Assembly: GCA_965230935.1 (NCBI GenBank)
Contig: OZ246400.1
Coordinates: 502,359-566,358, forward strand
DNA length: 64,000 bases
Direction: 5' to 3'
Source of the DNA: an uncultured Gammaproteobacteria bacterium
Lineage (GTDB): Bacteria > Patescibacteriota > Patescibacteriia > Magasanikbacterales > JBBTQS01
The notes below the pieces were generated by a model. That model searched no databases and was not told the DNA's origin. It saw only the letters and a list, made by a program, of their open reading frames with translations. The position numbers and the translations under genes were made by a program. This document shows positions 57,021-64,000 of this stretch, in pieces. The number at the start of each line of letters is the position of its first letter. Position 1 is the stretch's first letter.

Positions 57021-58169
57021 ATGGAGTACTCAATTGCGTTGGTACATGATTATTTATCTCAAGATGGTGGGGCAGAGCGCGTCTTGCGGGTGTTTCATGA
57101 AATGTGGCCAGAGGCTCCGATCTTTGTCTGGTTTCATGATCGAGAAAAAGAGCATCTTGGATTTAACAGCGCTGATGTGCGCACCAGCTTTATTGAAAAA
57201 CTTCCCGGATGGAAAAATCATTACCAATGGTACCTCCCTCTCCTTCCGCGCACGACTGAATCATTTGATTTATCAGCATTTGATGTTGTGCTCTCCTCAA
57301 CGAGCGCTTATGCTAAAGGGGTAATCACCTCTGAGCAGACAGCGCATATTTGTTATTGCCATACGCCGACGCGATATTTATGGACTGAATCAGAGGACTA
57401 CATCAAAAACCTTCGTTATCCAGGATTTGTCAAAGCGCTTTTGCCTCCCATGTTTGATCGCCTACGTGAGTGGGATGCCTATGCGGCACGGAATCGTGTT
57501 GATCATTTTATTGCCAATTCACAGACCGTTGCCGACCGTATTGCCCAATACTACGGACGCGTAAGCAGTGTAACTCATCCTCCACTCGAGCTCTCGTGTC
57601 CAGCAACCCATACGCCAAGTACTGCACGCGAATACTTTTTAGCCGGGGGCCGACTGGTTCCCTACAAGCGGTTTGATTTAATTATTGATGTATTTAATAA
57701 ACTTGGTTGGCCGCTGAAAATCTTTGGCACCGGACGTGATGAGGCAAAATTACGCGCCATGGCTCACAAGAATATTACCTTTTTAGGCCATGTTGCTGAT
57801 GAACAAAAATGTGATTTATATGCCAACGCCAAAGCATATGTTCACCCGCAAGAAGAAGACTTTGGTATTACGGTGATTGAATCGCAAATGCAAGGCACCC
57901 CGGTAATTGCATATCGTAAAGGTGGTGCAACCGAATCTATTGCTGAAGGAATCTCTGGTGTCTTCTTTGACGAACAAGATTGGGCAAGTCTTCTTGATGT
58001 AGTATTACATTTTGATCCAAGTCAGTTTGACCCGCGTGCAATTGCCACGCATGCGCAACAATATTCCAAAGAGAAATTTAAACAGCAAATCCGCAAGACT
58101 GTTGAACGTGAACTCCAAAAAAAACAAAACGCGTATGAACATTCTGATCGACGCACGACCACTGCTTGA
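57021..58169 (+). CDS. Glycosyltransferase family 4
   Basis: MEYSIALVHDYLSQDGGAERV and a C-terminal E-x7-E-like region (GHVADEQKCDLYANAKAYVHPQEEDFGITVIE). Confidence 0.82.
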   Translation: MEYSIALVHDYLSQDGGAERVLRVFHEMWPEAPIFVWFHDREKEHLGFNSADVRTSFIEKLPGWKNHYQWYLPLLPRTTESFDLSAFDVVLSSTSAYAKGVITSEQTAHICYCHTPTRYLWTESEDYIKNLRYPGFVKALLPPMFDRLREWDAYAARNRVDHFIANSQTVADRIAQYYGRVSSVTHPPLELSCPATHTPSTAREYFLAGGRLVPYKRFDLIIDVFNKLGWPLKIFGTGRDEAKLRAMAHKNITFLGHVADEQKCDLYANAKAYVHPQEEDFGITVIESQMQGTPVIAYRKGGATESIAEGISGVFFDEQDWASLLDVVLHFDPSQFDPRAIATHAQQYSKEKFKQQIRKTVERELQKKQNAYEHSDRRTTTA

Positions 58170-59289
58170 TAAACACCCGACCGGTGTTTCTCGATATGCG
58201 CGTCATCTTCTTGATGCGCTTTTTGCACTTGAGAGCGATCACCATTATTACGTATTTATCAATTGTGCCAAAGACTCAGTGGCCAATCGACTCGCCCAAT
58301 GGGACAATCCGCAGGTTCATATTGTCCGCACTAAGATTCCCAGCAAATTATTACACGCCAGTATTGCTTTGTTTGGACGACCATATCTTGATCGGCTTGT
58401 AGCACAAAAAGCCCGAGTGACTATTGATCTGGTGGTCTCACTCAACTCACACTTTACTCGTGTCTCGCCACAAATCCCACACGTGCTTACGATTCATGAT
58501 CTGAGTATTGCCATTAACCCACGGTGGTACTCACGCTGGCAACGCTTGTGGCATCGCGCTATTGGTCTGCATACGCAAATTGCACGAGCAACAATGTTGA
58601 TTAGCGTTTCGCATAATACGAAACAGGATTTGATGGAATTATATGATATAACCCAAGAACAAATTGTGGTCATTCCTCCGGGGATTCCTAAACCGCTTGA
58701 AGCCGCTGATCATGTCGAGCACCATGATGAACAATCTTCCTCACAACAACAAACCATACTGTTTTTAGGCACCTTGGAATACCGCAAAAATATTCTGAAT
58801 GTAATTCGCAGCTTCGCTATACTCAAACGCAAGCATCCTCATGCGCACCTTATTCTTGCTGGGAATGCTGGTCATGGATGGCAAGAGGCTAAACGACTTA
58901 TCAAATCATTGGGCTTGGAGCAATCAATTACTCGACATCCCTATGTGAGTGAGGCTCGCAAAACCCAACTTTTATCTCATGCCGATGTGTTGCTCTATCC
59001 ATCGTTTTACGAAGGGTTTGGTTTACCGGTGATCGAAGCACTCCATCATGGGACACCGGTGGTAGCGAGTGTGGGCTCATCATTTACCCAAGCAGGTGCT
59101 GATGCAATCCTGAGTGTTAATCCATGGCAACCGGACATGATTGCTCATGCCCTTGATCTTCTTTTGACAAATCAGGAGCTTCGTACCACACTAGCTATAC
59201 GAGCTACCGTACATCTCAAGCAGTTTTCTTGGGACTTTAGTGCTCACAAACTTCTTAGGCTTTTGGATCAGTATGCACATCGGCATTGA
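58135..59289 (+). CDS. Glycosyltransferase family 4
   Basis: MNILIDARPLLDKHPTGVSRYARHLL...; ...PSFYEGFGLPVIEALHHGTPVV. Overlaps the upstream gene by 35 nt. Confidence 0.82.
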   Translation: MNILIDARPLLDKHPTGVSRYARHLLDALFALESDHHYYVFINCAKDSVANRLAQWDNPQVHIVRTKIPSKLLHASIALFGRPYLDRLVAQKARVTIDLVVSLNSHFTRVSPQIPHVLTIHDLSIAINPRWYSRWQRLWHRAIGLHTQIARATMLISVSHNTKQDLMELYDITQEQIVVIPPGIPKPLEAADHVEHHDEQSSSQQQTILFLGTLEYRKNILNVIRSFAILKRKHPHAHLILAGNAGHGWQEAKRLIKSLGLEQSITRHPYVSEARKTQLLSHADVLLYPSFYEGFGLPVIEALHHGTPVVASVGSSFTQAGADAILSVNPWQPDMIAHALDLLLTNQELRTTLAIRATVHLKQFSWDFSAHKLLRLLDQYAHRH

Positions 59290-60382
59290 TGCCCGAATGA
59301 CCAAGATCCCTGGTGGTCATGGTCGGTATCTCACACAACTTATTACTCATCTTCAACAGATTGATACTGATAATCAGTATACGCTTTTTGTACTTCCACA
59401 AGATACCGACTCTTTTTCTGTACCAAAACATTGGCGAATTATTCCCGTTAATATCCCATGGTATGGCTTACGTGAACAATTGTTGTTCTCACGTGCCATT
59501 TACAAAAGCGATGTCGAGCTGATGCATTTTCCTCACTGGAATGTACCGCTTAATTATCGCAGTAAGTTCATTGTGACGATTCATGACCTTACGCTTCTCC
59601 ATTACCCCTCTCGTAAAACAAGCACCAAAAGTTTGGTAACCTACTGGATCAAACAATGGGCGTTTAAAAAAACACTACGGAGTGCAGCTACACGAGCGCA
59701 ACATATCATCACGCCATCTGAGCATGTTCGAGACGATGTAATCAAGACCCTTGGTGTTTCGCCTACACATGTGACGTGTGTTTATGAAGGTGCACCAGAA
59801 CCTTTTGATTGCAACCAAGCAATTGCGCTGAGCAAGCCTATTGGTAAAAACAACATACAAATCCAAACACCTTATGTGCTCTATGTTGGTGTTGCCTATC
59901 CACACAAAAATCTTGATCGATTGATTCAAGCATTCGTCAAATATAAATCCAAAAATCCTGGTGCGCTCAAATTAGTATTGGCAGGAAAAAGCAATTACTT
60001 CTACAAACAACTTAAAAAGCAAACTGACCATCAAGACATTCTCTTTCTTGGTGAAGTCACTGATGCAGAGCTTGATAGTCTATATTGCAATGCCACCGCC
60101 CTTGCATATGTTTCGCTTTCAGAAGGGTTTGGACTCCCTCCTCTTGAAGCGCTTGCTCATGACATACCAGTACTTGCCAGCAATACGACCTGTTTACCAG
60201 AAATTTTAGGAAATTCCGCCATTTTTATTGATCCATTATCAACGTCTGATATTGCACAAGGAATCCACCATGTTACTACCCAAACACACAATCAACAACA
60301 GCGTCAAAAACGAAAAAACACCCTCGCAAAATACAATTGGAAGCGTATGGCCAAGCAAACCTTAAAAATCTATACATCGTAG
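59273..60382 (+). CDS. Glycosyltransferase family 4
   Basis: MHIGIDARMTKIPGGHGRY...; ...SLSEGFGLPPLEALAHDIPVLAS. Overlaps the upstream gene by 17 nt. Confidence 0.82.
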   Translation: MHIGIDARMTKIPGGHGRYLTQLITHLQQIDTDNQYTLFVLPQDTDSFSVPKHWRIIPVNIPWYGLREQLLFSRAIYKSDVELMHFPHWNVPLNYRSKFIVTIHDLTLLHYPSRKTSTKSLVTYWIKQWAFKKTLRSAATRAQHIITPSEHVRDDVIKTLGVSPTHVTCVYEGAPEPFDCNQAIALSKPIGKNNIQIQTPYVLYVGVAYPHKNLDRLIQAFVKYKSKNPGALKLVLAGKSNYFYKQLKKQTDHQDILFLGEVTDAELDSLYCNATALAYVSLSEGFGLPPLEALAHDIPVLASNTTCLPEILGNSAIFIDPLSTSDIAQGIHHVTTQTHNQQQRQKRKNTLAKYNWKRMAKQTLKIYTS

Positions 60383-60465
60383 CGGGTTGTATCAAGAATT
60401 CAGTGGACAAATCGCCTGTAAAAATGGCGATTTTTTTGCTATACTAAGGGCAAGAATTTATTTCC

Positions 60466-62979
60466 ATGCCGAGGAGGAAATCGATCAAAACGCAGTCTAG
60501 CGCTACTTCAAAAAAGGCGCGACGTGCTCGTCGTGTTCCTATTATTGTGATTGATGATTCAACACCAGTTGCATCTCCTCATGTTTTAAATTTACGACCA
60601 ACCAAACACAAGGCTGTAGATCCACTCATGCGCGTACAACCAGTACGCTCAACGCCAGTACGTACGCGTCATATTAACAATACCGCGCCAAACATTAGCG
60701 CATTTCGCAAGCAAGCTGGCGATCTTTCTGCAGAAGCATTTGCGATTACCGCTAAACCCAAGCGCGCAGCACAAATTGCCAAACGATCTACACGACCAAC
60801 CCCCATCCAAGCCACGGATGCGAAAGCGCCCACGGTTGCAACAACACAACCAGCGACTCAACCTGATCACAAACCTAAAAAATCACTTGATTTTGCTCAA
60901 GCAAAAGCACTCCTTCGTAAACGCCGTGCTAAAAAACAACGCCAGCGCGTGCAATACATTCAAACGGTGTATCACCAGATTGCCCAAACCTACAAAACAC
61001 TGGGCATCTTGCGCAAAGAAGTGGCGATTGGTTTTACTATCCTCTCCCTCGTCTTCACCATGCCAATCTATGCATTCACCAATTACCCTGAGCTAGTCAA
61101 AACCAAAAATGCAATTTTGAATCGAGGTGCTGATGCAGTCGTGAGCTTGCAAGAAACAAAAGGCACAATCGCCACAGGAGATCTTGCGCAAAGCGGCGTA
61201 CTGCTCTTTAGTGCACTTGATTCATTTGAAAAAGCCCAACAAGAAATTGATTCAATCGGCAACATCTCAAAAGCGCTTTTACGCGCCGTGCCGGTAGTTG
61301 GTGAAAAATTTTCAAGCGGCCAACATCTACTGCGGGCTGGTGAAGCACTTACAGTTGTTGCTTCACAAATGCTCTTTGCACAACAAGAAGCACCGGATGG
61401 ATACCCTACTGACAAGCTTGCCTTTTGGCATGAGCGCATTGAGCAAATCCACCCCAAAATAGAACTTGCCGCACAAGAACTTGCTAATGTACACATCGAC
61501 CGACTCCCAGAAGAAATTCAATCTCAAGTACAAACCCTTACCCAAGCAGTTGAAGCTTTGCGCCATGACACCGCACTCTTTATTCACAATACCCCATCAA
61601 TTATTGATGCTCTTGGCGCGCAAACCACTAAACGATACCTGCTCGTATTTCAAAACTCTTCGGAACTCCGTGCTACTGGTGGATTTGTAGGTTCATTTGG
61701 ATTACTTGATGTTGACCGTGGAGAAATTGCAAATCTTGAAATCGCTCAAGGAGGTTCATATGATCTACAAGGCCAGCTCGATACACATACCGAACCACCA
61801 TTGCCACTGTATCTCGTAAACAACCGCTGGGAATTTCAAGACGCGAATTGGTATCCTGATTTTCCGAGTAGTGCACAAAATCTGATGTGGTTTTACGAAC
61901 ATGCTGGTGGTTCAAGTGTCGACGGAGTTATCGCCATTACAGACCAGTTTGTTGAACAACTTCTTGGCGCAGTTGGTGGAGTAACACTTGAAGATGGATT
62001 GCAAATCTCTGAAAATAATTTTATTGAAACAACCTCTGAAAAAATTGCATCGTTGCGCGAAAGTGGGAGTGAAGCACCAAAAGCCATTATTGCTCAAGTT
62101 GCATCTGCGTTGATTGCACAACTCCACAATCCAAAACTTGATCAATCACTTTCGTTGGCCAACGTATTTACCAGTGCACTCAATCATGGTGATATCCAGA
62201 TCTATAGTACTGATTTAGCGTTTGCTGATACGATTCGCGCCTTTGGCTGGGACGGAAAACTCAAAGAAACTGATCGGGACTATTTGCATGTGAACCTCAG
62301 CAATATTGGTGGGCAAAAATCTGACGCCGATCTCACCGGCCGTATTGAGCATCAAGCATGGATCGAGCCGGACGGCAGTGTTGTTAACACCGTTACCGTA
62401 ATCCGCACACACTCTGGAACGAGCAGTGATGCGAGCAACATCACATACGCGCGATTCTATGTACCAAAAGGGTCAGAAATGATTGATGCCGTAGGGTTTA
62501 CCTTTCCGCAAGAAAGTCAGTTCCATGCACCACTCTCCTACACCGAACCACACCCCTATTTGAATAATTTTGAACAAGAGATTGGATATGACCAAGCTTC
62601 AGGAACCCGAGAAACAGAAGAATTTGGCAAAACTGTATTTGGTAATTGGGTTGTAACCAAACCCCATCAGACCAGTGTGGCGCGAATCAGTTATCGACTC
62701 CCCTTTGCTGCATTTAATACCGAAGAGGTGTACCACCCATTGCGCCAGCTAGGAGAGAAGCTCAACATCAGCGCTTCAGCATTTACGTATGGACTACTTA
62801 TCGAGCGACAACCGGGACTGCGCAATATGACGGTCCAATCACATGTGGTCGTTCCTCCAGACTGGCGAGCAATCTGGACCACGCCTGAAGAGTCGACCAT
62901 ACAATTTAGTGATGGAGTTAAATTTGAACAACCACTTACCAATGACATTTTCTTTGGTATGATTGCGGAACAAAAATAA
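60466..62979 (+). CDS. Large membrane-anchored extracellular protein, DUF4012-like
   Basis: Basic disordered N-terminus, one TM (VAIGFTILSLVFTMPIYAF), then RYLLVFQNSSELRATGGFVGSFGLLDVD..., which resembles DUF4012 proteins of envelope-polysaccharide loci. Assignment is tentative. Confidence 0.55.
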   Translation: MPRRKSIKTQSSATSKKARRARRVPIIVIDDSTPVASPHVLNLRPTKHKAVDPLMRVQPVRSTPVRTRHINNTAPNISAFRKQAGDLSAEAFAITAKPKRAAQIAKRSTRPTPIQATDAKAPTVATTQPATQPDHKPKKSLDFAQAKALLRKRRAKKQRQRVQYIQTVYHQIAQTYKTLGILRKEVAIGFTILSLVFTMPIYAFTNYPELVKTKNAILNRGADAVVSLQETKGTIATGDLAQSGVLLFSALDSFEKAQQEIDSIGNISKALLRAVPVVGEKFSSGQHLLRAGEALTVVASQMLFAQQEAPDGYPTDKLAFWHERIEQIHPKIELAAQELANVHIDRLPEEIQSQVQTLTQAVEALRHDTALFIHNTPSIIDALGAQTTKRYLLVFQNSSELRATGGFVGSFGLLDVDRGEIANLEIAQGGSYDLQGQLDTHTEPPLPLYLVNNRWEFQDANWYPDFPSSAQNLMWFYEHAGGSSVDGVIAITDQFVEQLLGAVGGVTLEDGLQISENNFIETTSEKIASLRESGSEAPKAIIAQVASALIAQLHNPKLDQSLSLANVFTSALNHGDIQIYSTDLAFADTIRAFGWDGKLKETDRDYLHVNLSNIGGQKSDADLTGRIEHQAWIEPDGSVVNTVTVIRTHSGTSSDASNITYARFYVPKGSEMIDAVGFTFPQESQFHAPLSYTEPHPYLNNFEQEIGYDQASGTRETEEFGKTVFGNWVVTKPHQTSVARISYRLPFAAFNTEEVYHPLRQLGEKLNISASAFTYGLLIERQPGLRNMTVQSHVVVPPDWRAIWTTPEESTIQFSDGVKFEQPLTNDIFFGMIAEQK

Positions 62980-62984
62980 AAGCT

Positions 62985-64000
62985 ATGACAAATAAAAAAC
63001 CGACACGCACGTTCACGCACAAAAATCTAAAGACAAAAGCGAAAAAAGTTACTCGCGCTTCTTCACGGCCAAAACGCAAAAAAACTACCCCCCTTAAAAA
63101 GAAAGTCATCTCGCCCAAAACCAAAGGGCAAATCAACAAACGACTTTCTAAGATCTATCAAGACGCTGACGGAACCATGCCAGATATGCACCACTTCACG
63201 CATGGAAGCCGGCATCGATTCCGTCGTTTGCTCCTTATCACGACTGGAATCCTATTGATATTCTCTGCAGCAGCATGGGCAGGATTTTTATTTTTTGGCT
63301 CCCATGGGCCAAGCTTTCTTGAAGAAGATGTCCGCGTGGTGATTAGTGCTCCTGAGCAGGTCGCGGTCGGAGAGGATATTACCTATCGTATCCGTATTGC
63401 CAATACGCAAACACTCCAACTCGCGCAAACTGAGCTTTCCCTTACCTACCCCGAAGGATTTGTCATTAACGAAACCTCATTGCTGCCACTGGATAACAAA
63501 CAAAACAAATGGCGCTTTGGCACACTTGATGGTGGCAAAGATGTGGTACTAGATATTACCGGAACACTTGTCGGCGATATTAACTCTGAACAATCACTCC
63601 GGGCGTTCTTTACCTATCGACCAAGTAACTTTAACTCACCATTCCAAGCAGTAGAAACCTTTACTCATACGCTTGCCAGCACACCAGCACTTCTTGATCT
63701 GAGTGCACCGGAGACTGCTACTGCCGGTGATGAAATCACGGTTTCTTTAACTGTAAGCAACGCTACCACCGAAGCTGCCGGTCCGTTTGATGTTCGTCTT
63801 GTTGCAAATAAACAATTTGTGCTTGCTGATGTTGGTGAACTCCCAGAAGGAGTAAGTTCTCCAGAACCTGGGGTATGGCATATTGAATCTTTAGCAGGAA
63901 GTGATGCGATTATTCTTACCCAAGCTGGTGCCTTCACTACCGATGCGGCAAGTCAAGAAACACTTCGCGCACAAATTAGCCAACGCCAAGATGGTATTGA
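62985..64000 (+). CDS. 3'-truncated membrane-anchored protein with repeated CARDB/DUF11-like beta-sandwich segments
   Basis: No stop from ATG 62985 to the window end. Basic N-terminus, TM LLLITTGILLIFSAAAWAGFLFF, then repeated GxxITxxxxVxNxxT segments. Confidence 0.45.
   Translation, partial: MTNKKPTRTFTHKNLKTKAKKVTRASSRPKRKKTTPLKKKVISPKTKGQINKRLSKIYQDADGTMPDMHHFTHGSRHRFRRLLLITTGILLIFSAAAWAGFLFFGSHGPSFLEEDVRVVISAPEQVAVGEDITYRIRIANTQTLQLAQTELSLTYPEGFVINETSLLPLDNKQNKWRFGTLDGGKDVVLDITGTLVGDINSEQSLRAFFTYRPSNFNSPFQAVETFTHTLASTPALLDLSAPETATAGDEITVSLTVSNATTEAAGPFDVRLVANKQFVLADVGELPEGVSSPEPGVWHIESLAGSDAIILTQAGAFTTDAASQETLRAQISQRQDGI

Overview
This is a 64-kb window from a bacterial chromosome whose backbone is about 40-45% GC. 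The housekeeping genes and the giant Gly-rich surface proteins suggest a small-genome, CPR/Patescibacteria-like organism (inference only). Backbone genes are almost all on the minus strand up to 21.8 kb and mixed after that. They include groES-groEL, an O-antigen-ligase-like membrane protein, yidC, nusA, a yraN-family gene, a SAM methyltransferase, a translationally coupled valS-tyrS-argS operon followed by bactofilin and a lipid-kinase-like gene, a yhhQ-like transporter, an rluA-family gene, cmk, rplS, uvrA, dsbA-like, secG, a family-5 ABC substrate-binding protein, RNase J, trpS, RNase P RNA and a polysaccharide locus (sugar transferase, three GT4 glycosyltransferases, a DUF4012-like protein and a CARDB-like protein truncated at the window end). 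There are four tRNAs: Val-TAC, Leu-GAG, Ile-TAT and Leu-CAG. The stand-out items are: (1) two tandem paralogous ~2000-aa Gly-rich surface proteins (25140-37652) that share a C-terminal membrane-anchored module; (2) a 1140-aa Cys-rich secreted protein with a TrbC/VirB2-like hydrophobic hairpin whose start codon overlaps the stop codon of a DsbA-like oxidoreductase gene by 1 nt; (3) several ~60% GC insertions in the ~42% GC backbone, the largest (9.6-14.6 kb) bracketed by two tRNA genes and carrying Myxococcota-like genes (Ser/Thr kinase, PEGA/Cys-rich secreted protein, CysK-like PLP enzyme); (4) every tRNA gene in the window is flanked by a GC-rich patch and by partial duplications of its own end, and two tRNAs share a conserved upstream promoter/hairpin module; (5) a GC-rich, ORF-free 450-nt region upstream of the rluA-family gene that may be an ncRNA. 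No CRISPR arrays, rRNA genes or transposase genes were seen.
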